A DNA stretch of 55,369 bases, the filler included, from Platydemus manokwari (lineage: Eukaryota), in NCBI GenBank assembly GCA_037951405.1. It is 4 parts of 4 records of this genome, joined end to end, with 100 filler letters (N's around TTAATTAATTAA, not from the genome) between each part and the next. Parts side by side here need not be neighbours in the genome. Positions count along the whole stretch, not along the records: positions 27,820 to 39,112 come from JBBMOY010791092.1; positions 39,213 to 55,369 come from JBBMOY011210320.1; 2 more parts are not named here. One strand, written 5' to 3'. Numbering within the stretch: the stretch's first letter is position 1; each line of letters starts with the position of its first letter. Under the pieces are notes generated by a model. It made no database searches, was not told the DNA's origin, and saw only the letters and a program-made list of their open reading frames with translations. Positions 38,777 through 51,300 of the stretch are shown here, piece after piece. A program made the position numbers and the translations under genes.

Positions 38777-39112
38777 TTAGTGTTCTTCTATCGTTTTTGT
38801 GAATATTAGTATGTTATCCAAATATACCATGGCTCCTTTTTCTCTCATATCCCATAATAATTTTGTCATCAATTCTTGAAATGTTCCTGGTGCTGCTGCA
38901 ATTCCAAACGGCATCCGTGAAAAACAGTATTGCCCCTCTTTCGTCGAGAATGCTGTTTTTTCTTGTGATTCTTTGTCAAGCTCTACCTGATAATATACAT
39001 TTCCCAAGTCTACCGATGTGAAATACTTGGAGCCATGTAGAGTGTCTAATAGTTCTTCTATATTTGGCATGGGAAACGCTTGTCTCTCCGTTATTAAGTT
39101 TAGTTGTCGAAA
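38777..39112 (-). mobile_element. Ty3/Gypsy reverse transcriptase fragment
   Basis: FRQLN...FPMPNIEELLD.L.GSKYFTSVDL...YYQ...KTAF...MPFG...PGTFQ...VYLDNILIF (YLDD changed to YLDN). Truncated by the linker. Confidence 0.95.
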
Positions 39113-39212
39113 NNNNNNNNNNNNNNNNNNNNNNNNNNNNNNNNNNNNNNNNNNNNTTAATTAATTAANNNNNNNNNNNNNNNNNNNNNNNNNNNNNNNN
39201 NNNNNNNNNNNN
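39113..39212. other. Artificial contig linker
   Basis: 44N + TTAATTAATTAA + 44N. Confidence 0.97.
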
Positions 39213-39559
39213 TGTTTAAATGATTTGGTAAAACAAAAACTTTAAACAACTAAAAAACATGAATAACTTTTGACTCAGCCTAATATAATCGTTAAAAATT
39301 ATCAAGGGAAAAATATTTCATGAGTGAACTTTAATTTTATCATTCATCTTTTTTATTAGACGAGTGGCAAATTTCAGTATTGTGTAAGTGAGCTTTACTC
39401 TAACTAATTATTTGATATTAATTTCATTTTTAGAATGGACTTCACTACGGCTATGTAAGTCGATTTATATTGTTTTTCAATTTTATCAAATCACAAATAT
39501 ATAGTAATACATATTATAATGTCTACATTTACTAACATTAAAATATTTGCTTTTCTTGA

Positions 39560-39725
39560 AAGCTGATCCCTTCCGATATTGAAATTCAAAATTGAATCCG
39601 GATAAGTTTGCAAACCATGTTTGAAACTGAGGGTCAATTGGTGTGTTAGTTTTCTTTATGTATGTCAAGGGTTTGTAATCAGCGTGAATCACAATTTTCT
39701 CTCCCAGCAGATAATGCTTAGAAAT
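39560..39725 (-). mobile_element. Ty3/Gypsy RNase H fragment
   Basis: KHYLLGEKIVIHADYKPLTYI...QTWFANLSGFNFEFQYRKG matches the Gypsy RNase H C-terminal half. Confidence 0.85.
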
Positions 39726-39915
39726 AAACTTCCAATCAAGTTTTATTTACCAGAACGTCATTGATTCCAAATGTTTTCGCATGATGAATGAAGTCGCAGA
39801 TGATGTTGACATTAATATTCATAAATTAATATTCATTGATATTTCCAAAATGTGAATGCACAGTCCTTTTAAATCATTATAATATTATTATATAAAATAA
39901 ATAAATATATTATGC

Positions 39916-39946
39916 TATATTATATTATATTATATTATATTATTAT
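39916..39946. repeat. (TATAT)n microsatellite
   Basis: Direct inspection. Confidence 0.8.
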
Positions 39947-40299
39947 AATATTAAGATGTTAAATGTTATAAAAATATATTAAATATTAAACTACGAGTCA
40001 ATTAATTAATTTAAAGCAAAATTCCTGCTTATTGAAATAACATACTAAATTATGATAATGAAATAATTTCCATTTAATTGATTAAATCGTTTTGTAAAAC
40101 AAATACACACAATTACCAATTATTACTTTTCAAGAAATATGCTCTTTACTGTATTAAGATTAATGGAATAGATATTGTACGTAGATAAATGGATCATTCA
40201 AAAGTTTATGCTTCAAAGTTACAACGAATTCTATAACGGTATGAAACATAATTGCAAATGATATTCTCACCAAATAATAATTACTTTGTATAGAACTGT

Positions 40300-43150
40300 G
40301 ATATATCAAAGATTTTCAAGAAGAGTTAAAATTTCCGTTGGGATTAATATGATTGCTATTTATATGGAAAATAAGGAAGAAGTTTCCAAGAAGATTTTTA
40401 TAAAAGAGCTACTTAACAAGAGCTATCTATCTGGTATGAAACAATTAAACCATAAGTACATGGATGAATCCGTCCTAAAGGATGAAAGAGATGTCATGAC
40501 ACCAGAATTCAAAGACCTTGACATACTGTAGGACTTGACGCACATTGATAAATTAAAATAACCTCGAAACCCTTTGACAAGAAAGATTAATGGGAGATTT
40601 AGTTTGCTTTAAGTGTAAACAAAAATGAAATTACACTTATTTTTGTAAGACTATTGAATGCTTTCGATACGGTGGTCCGCATCTGCAAAGATTTTGTCGT
40701 ACAGATATCAAGGATGTCAAATATTTAAATATTAAGAAAAGAAGCATCGCATCAGGAAAGGGCAATGCCTCGAGTTTTGATACACTTTCGGAGAAAGATT
40801 GCACTAATTTGGGTATGAGTTAAACCAAGAAAATCTAGCCACGACCTATTCAGATCAATAGGGAACAATTATGCACAATTGGTGAATGAATAAGGAGATA
40901 AAGCAAGCACAGCGTTGACAAAAACAGATAAAGGTGTATCGAACTGATAACCAGAAAAACAGAAAAATAAACCAAATATCGACTGCAAGGTTGAGAATGA
41001 GAATAAGCAAAGATTTTGCCAGTAGATAATGATAAAATCAGAATGGGTAGGTCTTTTTATTAAGACTAGATGTCCAAATGGATAAACAATATAACTTTCA
41101 GGACAGGTTTATTTAAAAATTATAATCAGCGCAGAATGATGATTTCAACATTTCGATGTAGTACCAGAACTATTCCCAGGATATTTTATAGAAAATTTAA
41201 GTTTGGGCACAATTGATTTCATTGTTTTGTTAATCTTGCTTCTATTTTATATTTGAGTTCTTGATTAAGACCACAATTGTAATGAACGTTATGATTTTAT
41301 TTTCTTCACCACGCACAACTTCATTGTTTAAAGACAATAAATGTGGCAATAGTGATAAATCTTAACTATCAGTGTCAGTTTATGATCAATGATTCCTATT
41401 TAATCAATGACCACGGCTTGTTGCTACAAATATTTATTATTAAATAACACCAATACAAATTGACAACTAAATGAAATAAAAATTACAAGTTAATTACAAT
41501 GCTACACAATATATCAAAACTTATAACGGATCTCAACAATTCTTGGATAAGAATGACGGCTTATAAACTGCATACTTTTGGAGCAAAATCAGCTGCCTTT
41601 CAACATTTTTGAGTTAAATCCGATAATATTGAATAGATAATATAATGTCGATCAGTATTTTATAAAAATGTATCTAATTGTGAGGTCTTCCAGTAAAATA
41701 CTGGGCATATATGGAATTAGCGATAAAAAGTATCAAAACAAATAATGACTTCCCAATAGCTGTCAAACACCGTAGATTCCCATTAGAGTTAGAAGAAGAG
41801 GTTAAACATTTAATCGATGGAATGTTGGAATCGAACGTTATTAGTCTAATCAAACCTACTTTGAATTTTTCAATAGTACCAGTAATGGAAAATGATAGAG
41901 CGACTAGAATATGTGTAAGTTATAGGAAGCTAAATGAACTTACGTCTAGATCAATTTTTCGTATACAAAATTCGGAAGAGATATTTGCTGCTTTTTAAGA
42001 AACGATTGGTTTGATGAACGGGTATCATTAAGCAGAGTTGCAGGAAGCAACAAAAGAAAAAACGGCATTCAGTACTGAACGGATAGTTCCGATGTTGTAT
42101 CTAAAAATTTGAAGAAATTTATAAAATTGGACAAACTGTGTCATGTATCGGGATGAAATTCTAATCTTTTGAAGAACAGTTAAATATAATCGTCGAGGGT
42201 GCGCTAAAAATGGACCTAAACAAGTGCTTTTCTTAAAAAATAAATTAAGTATTTAGGACACGTGATTGAAGAAATGAAAGAGATGAAGACAAGCTTGGTG
42301 TAATTAAAAATTGGTCAAAACCTCAATGTGTCAAAGAACTGTTGGAATTTCTGGGATTGTGTAGTTTTTATAGGTGGTTTATTAAGGATTTCGCTAGTAT
42401 TACCAAATCACTATACAGTTTACTGAAGTGAATTAAATTTGAGTGGAACGATTCATCAGCTGCAACTCATCATAAATTGAAAATGTTATTAATTTCATCC
42501 CCTGATTTAAGTTCGTCATGTAAAAAAGGAAAATGCTTTGGATATTAGTACTATAGGAGCCAAATGCAAAACGATTAATCGCATCGAGAATACTGCCTAA
42601 ATATTGTATAGCAAGAAGAGTTACCAGCCATCTATACCTTTACCAAAAAATTTAAGCATTATAAATATGGCAAGAAATTTATTGTCAGTATTGATCATTT
42701 AGCTCCGAAATGGCTGCTAAATTGGGATTATCCCAGTGGAAGAAATAGAACTAAATTATAATCAATATTTACAAATAATCCATTCAAAATTATTATAATC
42801 GATATTGGAGACCCATATTCAGAAACAAAGCAAGAAAACCAATTTATCCTAGGTATAATCGATTATTTTTCCAAATATGAATACCTTTTTCCGTTAGAAC
42901 GTATAACTGCAAAAAAAGTGACCAAGACATTATGTAAATAATTTATAAGTAAATTAAGAGCTTGTACAACGCAACAATCTGTCACTAAACATTGATATCT
43001 GAATTATGCGTCAGTATGAAAATAACGAGAACATTTTCTTTCCCATATTACCTACAGCCGAATGGACTAATTGAGATAACTTTTAAAACCATGAAAAGCA
43101 TGATTATCGCATCATTCTGGATGACATAATAATGCACGTTGAATATGAAT
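40300..43150 (+). mobile_element. Decayed near-full-length Ty3/Gypsy internal region (gag-pro-RT-RH-IN)
   Basis: Knuckle-like VCFKCKQ...CFRYGGPHLQRFC (about 40600-40700), RT (ORF 41711-41998 RICVSYRKLN; KTAFST; KYLGHVI; FLGLCSFYR.FIKDFA), RNase H (IDHLAPKWL) and integrase (DIGDP...FILGIIDYFSKY; PYYLQPNGLIE), in Gypsy order. Heavily disrupted. Confidence 0.88.
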
Positions 43151-43659
43151 TAAGGATGTTTCTTTCATTTCATTCATACTTCCTAGAAGATGTTTAAGAT
43201 ATCGAAAATCTCAATGTCAGATTGTCAATGACAATGTGGAAACTTGTAAAGAGCATAATAATAAAAAATATTCGAGCTTGATGAAAGATATTGACATACT
43301 CATACATTAAATTATGGGATCTACATAGTTCTTTCTTCGATCGTTCCATGAATCACAGTTCGGTAGTTCAATCATTAATCAATTCAACGTTTCAATCAAT
43401 ATTAGTAAGAAATATTAGTAATGATTATAAGGTTGTGGGTAAGTTCGGATATCAATTTTTTTAAAAAATAAGATTCAAAATTAAATTGTTGGTGACTTTT
43501 TGTTGTATTTGATTTTTTGTAGGAAAACAAAAACAATTGCCTCAACTTTTGGTCATTTGCACCAAAATCATAATTAAATTAATTATTATTAAAATTAATA
43601 TAACATAAATTTCTGGAGCAGATCTAATTCGTTTCTTCAGATTTGATTTCTTTCAATAC

Positions 43660-44060
43660 ACCAATAAATATTACACATTCAACTTCCATCTACGTGGATT
43701 ATAAGCCAAGATTTATTAATAGTGCATCAAAACAGTTATGCAATAATAATAGAGGTTTTTTAGATAAGCAGATAAATTTCTGTTAACATAAATCATGGCA
43801 ATCCGCTTATTAATGCTGACTAATTTTCACACTGATCCCATCAATATTATTGGTGCAATAAATGATTCTGCACAACGAGACTTGCACATTGTATCAACAT
43901 GTGCATTTCAATAAATAGCTTGTATAATTGACTGATGATCATTATTATATTGAATCTGCCTTCCTGTTGAGCTTCATACATTACCTGCGGTGACTTGGAT
44001 GATTTTGAAATATAAATTGTTAAATTTTATTCCTTTACTAACGGTAAGTTATTTACATTG
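43660..44060 (-). pseudogene. Decayed rhodopsin-family (FMRFamide-receptor-like) GPCR pseudogene, TM1-TM4
   Basis: Minus strand: NLTIYISKSSKSPQVMY (TM1-IL1), ADSI (TM2), QAIY*NAHVDTMCKSRCAESFIAPIILMGSV*KLVSINKRIAMI (ECL1, Cys, TM3; both stops are TGA at expected Trp sites) and CITVL...ILAYNPRRWK (cf. YNxPRxWE after TM4). Confidence 0.6.
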
Positions 44061-45313
44061 TTCATTTTTAAACAGAGCACGAAAGATGATAGTATAAAAT
44101 TTCGATTAATTGAAATTTATGCCATTAAATATTTTGATGTTTTGTAAATATAATATTGTTAGTCTATACTTTTGTCTTTGCTATTAAAATATTATATTGT
44201 TTAATATTTTCTATAATCTTAATTTTTTCTAAATTATTTTTCAATAAAAATCATTGTTGACCGCTGGAATGAACCATATTAATATATTCGTGTAAAATAT
44301 TCAATGATAACGGTAAACGTAAAGAGTTATATTTCAGAATTAAAAAACTTTTGAATTTCTTAAACGATTTTCTAAATATTTGTACTGTACGACATAATTT
44401 TATTTCGTTATAAAATTAAATTAAGAATTATTTTCTGAAAACAATATAAGAAATGAAAATTTCTAATTTTATGGGACTAGAGTTGAAAAAGATTTGGAAT
44501 TATTAGAAAATATCGAATTAATTTGATATTGATAATATTCTGTAAACTGTTTTGTAAACTGTTTTCATTTAAAGTCCTAAAATTTCATAAATCACTGACT
44601 ACTTCCGAAATCAACGAGATAACAATTATTACCACATGGATAATAATATTTATCATTTAGCTTCCAGGGAGTCGTGATGAATAAACATTTTTATGACTGG
44701 CTGAATTTTATTGCAATTTGTTGACATATAACCGATTCTTGTCGATACAACTAAAATTATTGCTGTAATTCGGCTGGTCACGGTTCAATCTAGTAAAATC
44801 TATTCTCCGATTTCTAAAATATTATCGCTTATACTAAATGAAAGCATATTATTGCTGGAGAAGTTTGTTGTTGTCACAGTATTGAATTTTATAATTTCTT
44901 TCATAAGTCTTTTTAATAGTTTTTGAATTGAATCACTGTTCTCGTCACATGGCAATGGATTCAGAAAAATATTCATATTTATCTTTGATGATTAAACAGA
45001 ACTTGAGATTCTATATCTCATTATTTGTTGTCTAGGACTCAATCAACCATTTCATTTGATTTTTTGTATAATGTTAAACAACAAAGGTCAGGATAAAGTC
45101 ATTCTCAAAATCTTCCAATTATGTTTCGGTATAAATTCATATTATTTTATACAAGCTGTAATATCATTTTAAAAAATATCAAACGATATCACACTATATT
45201 TTCTATATTAAATCATGATATAATTGCACATTTTTTAAAATAATAATATAATAAATAATCTGAAAATACAATCCAAATACTTATTAAATACTAATATATA
45301 ACATTACGGGCAG

Positions 45314-48300
45314 ATATCCATCAGTTTCGCAATTGACGGAAGTTTATCGAGCAGTCAGCATGAGAACGCAGCTTATACACATGACAAAGGTCAGACTGGA
45401 TCAGTCAATTTACGTGATATTCATTATAAGAATATCATTCGGCGGTCACCGAACACTATAAAAGGTAAGTTTCTATTTTAATTAATTATTTTGAAGATAA
45501 TTTGTTGATTGAATGTTTTGTTTTGATAAATAGATCTAAACGAGAGCAATTCTCGAATGAAGTTTATCATGACTTTACTTATTGACAAGAATTAAATTGT
45601 ATATTTATATTTTTATTTAAAATTCAATTCTATCTTATTCTGCTATCAAAATATAAACTAAAATAAATTATTGGATAAACAATAATAGGAATAAATAACA
45701 TGAAACAGGTAAGACAAGAATGTCCTATAACAATGCTAGAACACACAATTTCTTAAATCTATTGCCTGTAAAGTTACACATCAAATATTTATTCTAGCTG
45801 TCGAAATCCACTTATGGCACCTGGTTAATATTAATAATAGGACAGATCTAGAATGGCAAGTCAGGAAAGCACGTTTTTTCTAAGAATTGCTAAGATAAAC
45901 TCAAAAATAAAATTACAATAAAACAAAATCTTATATCTATATTAATGTGATGGCTTTTGATCAAAATTGTTGTAAAGATAAAGCACGACCATGGAAATTA
46001 TTAGTAATTCGAAAATTCTCTAAGAAAAATGTAGGACACTTCAAAATCATCTAGACTGTTTTATTTTATTGCTAACATCTTCTAAACATCAACAAAAAAT
46101 AATTTAAATATTATTAAAATTACTTTACTGAATAGATTCAGCAAGATGTTAATAATATAATATAATATAACCATAAATGGATATAATAGAAACACCTCAT
46201 TTATCTTTAAATAAAAATGTACGGACATAAAATCGAGCTTTAATTGCAATAAGCAAATTATTAGTTAGTAAATTTGAGATTATATTCAATAATAATGGGT
46301 GGAAAGAGCTACAAAATCGGTCTATAGGTTGAATACTTGTTGGAATTGTCAAAGGTTAAATAAGCAAACTGTCATAACTCTTACAATATTTACAAGAAAT
46401 AAAGTTGGTAGAAACAGTAATGAGTAAAATACAAATTAAAAAATAACAGTGACAGTTTGGATGGGAAAATGATAAATGTATAAAGGGGAAAATTGATGAA
46501 AGATAACAGAATTAAATTTCAAAGTGTATGAAGTTATATATTATAATAAAAATAAATTTAGTCTTTATTAAAATTACTTGCTTTAGATTGGTATCAATCA
46601 TCAACAACCACAAAAAGAACCAATTCAGATCATATAATCAAAAATGGTGTCGATTATGATAACATGCTAATTGCTGACTATGATCTTGCAAATAATAAAT
46701 GGACTTACGATGATGACAACGGATTTATTAGTCTAGAAAAATATCAAACAAGTGGATTGAACATAGAAAGCTTGACACACTCATCCAGAAAACCAACAAT
46801 TTCTTCTAAAAACCTACATGAATTTTCTAGGCAACAAATCACCACTGACAAACCAGACCATACGACACAAAAAACTAACAATGTTCGAAAATTACAAGCA
46901 AATTCGAAAACATCATCTTCCAATATTCATTCGACATTCGATCATTCTAGACCTAACAAAATGACACAAAAATATTTAAAACAACCCTTTACTAGTAATT
47001 ATAATTCTCAAAGATATTTCAAAAATAAATTTCTCAATACCAAATCATTGATCAAACATCCAATATCTCTTTCTAATGAAATACCTAAGTCACAACGATA
47101 TTTTCAACGACAACTTATTACCAGTGAAACGACACGAAAACCAATGAGTCATACAACGATCGATTATTCCGATAAATTTCTTAGTTATAATACCGATAAA
47201 ACTAAAGGAAAAATTATCAAAGCTCACGTAACACAAGGAAATTTCAAAGGATCGTCAAGTAAATCACAAAAAATGAATGACTATTCAAACAGATCGTTGA
47301 AAAATATGCACACCGGAGAGGTTAAAAACCGATCTATCAAACATCAAACAATATCGAATATTTCAACGAAATCATCGAATTCTTCGTTTAAGGAACAACC
47401 TAGTTATACAACACAAAGGTATTCCAAACATCAATTGACCAACTCCCCAGACCCTTTGGGAAAATCGGTTAGTAGGCATTTCGAAAATACTTTGAAGATT
47501 AAAAATTCATTACCAAATTATAGTTTAAATTCATTCTACGCACCTAAATCGAGTACATTCTATTTAAAAAATCAATATTACAAACCAACCAAAACTTATC
47601 AGAATATACCGAAACACACTACCGTTAACTCGATGATCTCAATTAATGAAACAAATAATGGAACTCTTAATGAATCGACGATTAATAGCTTACATATTGT
47701 AGATAATAAATTTTTGGAAAATAAGAACACAAGTATAACTGATGATATTATATCAAAATCACAAATGATGACAGTGGCAAATAACCCAGAATTACCAACT
47801 CGATTTCAATCAACAACTCCACATAATGAAAACTATTATTCGATATCAAATGCTGATGAAAAACTCACCAGGATTGACATAAATGAACATCAATCAACAG
47901 CATTGCCACTGTTCAAAGCAAGAAATCTCGTTGATTATAAGTTTTCTCAAACTTCAACAATTAAGACCAAACAAGAAACCATAAATTACAATAAAGAAGG
48001 AATAAATTTCAAAAATACGACAATTTCAGATAATTTATTAAAAGGAAATACATTTTTACCAATAACTACAAACAAATTACAATTTCCTTCATCTACACAA
48101 GATCACAATGATCGAATATCTCATCATTTGTCAACTGAAACGTGTAAGTTTCTCAAATTTCATTCAATTCGTTTTAACTTTTATTTTCCCAATTAGCACA
48201 CTGGTTTCGAAAGACACGGCCATCTCCACAAAGGATCGAAATATCGGAAAATGATAACGTAGATATTTTATGGATCTGCCCGCCCACTAATGACGTCGTT

Positions 48301-51300
48301 GATTCTGGTCAATATGAATGGTATCTGGTTTCACAAATTTGGAAATACGGAGTGCCTTTATCGAGTTTTAGGGATGAATATACAAAAAAATCTGTTCTGC
48401 AAATTAAAGCATGTTTATATTTATTTTGCAAATGTCAATTTTATCTGAAAATTTGATTAAACATCATAAAAAAAACAGTGGCCCTGAAAACGAGCCGACA
48501 TTTGATAATTTAATAAATTAAAACATTATCTTTAAAATGTACTTCATGATAATTGGAAAAATTAGATGCAGACGAAATCTTTTTTTCTCTAATTACAGAT
48601 TTAAAGTTAGCAGTATATTTAAGTAATAACATTTTTATTATTAGTATAAGATTTGAATAATTTATTTATTTCCATTTATTAGATTTAAAGTAAAGACTAA
48701 AATTTTTTTATAAATATTGGTTGAAGTTAAGAAAAGGGATCTTTTGACCTACTTTCGTAGTGATTAATTTTCTCGCATGAGAGGTAATTTTATAACTCAA
48801 TTTCATATATAATTGCGATGTTTGATTTATTCTTATAATTCAGTTAATATCTCAATTTTTAGGATGTCGAATAGTGACAAAACAAAGTTTTTAAACCAAG
48901 TTTCTATTCTAATCACAACACTTTTTCAATTTTTTTGATGTTGTATATTTAAATTTATTTAATTATAAATGTACTTGATAAACACATGACAGGTTTAATA
49001 GTCTAGTATTACTTGTTTTTTTTAAATAATTGTAAAAAATTAAAGTTTGTCTCAATTTCAATTTATTTACCATAATATTAATATTTATTTCATGGTAAAT
49101 AAATCGAAATATCTGCCACAGTCACAATGCTAATCAAAATGGCACTTCACCAATTATTATATTTATATAGGAAAGTCACAAACGAGTTGATATTGGTGTG
49201 AAATAAGACAAGCACAGTTGGATGTGTCGCCTTATAATAAATATAATATGTGTAATCCGTTATTTATTAATCAATATTTTATACTATTACTATCTAAGAG
49301 TATTGTTTATATCGAATGATCAAAATAATTTTTAAAATAACGAGATTTTTATTCAATATTTAGGGTGCAAATGCAAAGGATGAAGGTCGGTACATTTGTA
49401 CGATAACAAAAGGGGCCCCATTTAATTCTACAATAATGTACTTCTATCAGATATATGTTCTTCAATCTAAATGGATCAACATAGGAATGATTGATGTTGT
49501 TTCATTATATAATAATCAAAATGCAATAATAAATTGTCCGTATGGGGACATTATTAAAAACAACGTGAAGCATGTTGGATTTTGTTGTTCAGGTCGGTTG
49601 GCATTTAAGGAAAATGTCGAAAATTCCACCACAGATGTTTTTCGATGTTCAAACTCGAATAAAACAACAATTAAACTGCCAGCTGTGAACAGTTTTACCA
49701 ATTGTTCATTATCTTTGCTCGGTTGTAACAACAATGAGGATAAACATCAAATTAATGAAACATATTTCAATCCACAGTCAACATTCGTAAATCTCAACAA
49801 ATGTAATTTTAATAACTCTAATTATTCAATAAAACGACGAATTCCCAAAATATGTGATGGAAAAATATTTCTTCGATTCTATTTCGATAGTTTAAAAGGA
49901 AAATGTATGCCATTCGAAACGAGTATATGCGGTGAAGATAATTTCAGTTTCAAATCTTTGGAAAAATGTGAGGCAGCGTGCATTACAATTTCATCGGGTT
50001 ATTTTTTTGAAGTATTTTTTTTCAAATATTATGAGTATTTGAAATGATTAATTTAATTTTATAATTTCAAATAATATTGGATAAAATATTAGAATATTTT
50101 TCTCAATTTATTTTTGTATAACTTATTAAATTTTTTATCAAACCATCATTTATTTGGATGATATCAAATAGATTAAAAATTCAACGAAATAATTAATTCA
50201 ATAGCTCGTACCAGAGCAGTTAAACATTGTCACTATCAATTATAATTTTATTTGAAGTTTTATATTTAATAATAATTTTATTTATTATTATTTTGTTTTA
50301 TTCAAAGTTAAGTAACAAGTACTACTAACAGAATTATGTTATTAAATAATTAGAATTTCATGACTATTTACCTTGATGACATGCTTTATTCATTAGGAAT
50401 TTGATAAACGTGTTTGGGATAAAAATAATTCGTTCATTTTCGTTTTAGAATTACAACCCTGCTTCCATCCTTCCAATGTCGATTTGACACAATTATGTTC
50501 TAACCTGGAATTGAAAGGAACATATTTAGCGACATATGATATCGAAAATAATATTTGCAAATGGTTTTATCACTGTGGTGATTTCTCAATGTCGAAAAAT
50601 GTTTTCAAATCTATTTCCATGTGCAAAAATACCTGTGTTCGCAATGAGAGATCGATTAGACTAGGTGAAACTTTTTAATATGTAATTAATTATATGTGAT
50701 TTTACTATCATTTAGAGTCTTTCAAGGCTTGTGACTCAATGATTATCGCTAATGAAACAACAGAAAAATACGTGGAGCAGAGATGGGCATTTCACAAGGC
50801 CACTAAAAAATGTGAATTAATTCCAGTGAATCCAAATAATGAACTTGGTCATCTTTATTTTGGATCAAAGAAAAAGTGTGAAACCGCTTGTAAAGGAATT
50901 GATGAAGGTAGGATAATTAGTTTTATCTAAAAATGTTAATAAATTAAAATTTTAAAATTTGAAGACATTTTATCTGACAATTAATTAAAAAATAATGATA
51001 AATTTGGACTATGTTAAGCTTCTTAAATACAAAAATTGAATCACCCTCATTTATAAAATTCTTATCAATATTTCAGAACGAAAAAAAGGAAAAGCAAAAA
51101 ACATGTTCCATTATGACCTATTTTAGTGAATACAGCCCATTGGTACTTAAGAATAAATTACAAGAAATATAATTCATGCGACTTATAATTATTACATTGT
51201 TAGTGAAATTATATTGAAACTAATAAAACAATTAATCTAAATGAAACGTTGTTTTTCGACAGGGGTTGAAACCAAAATACAATTACAACATATTACTAAT

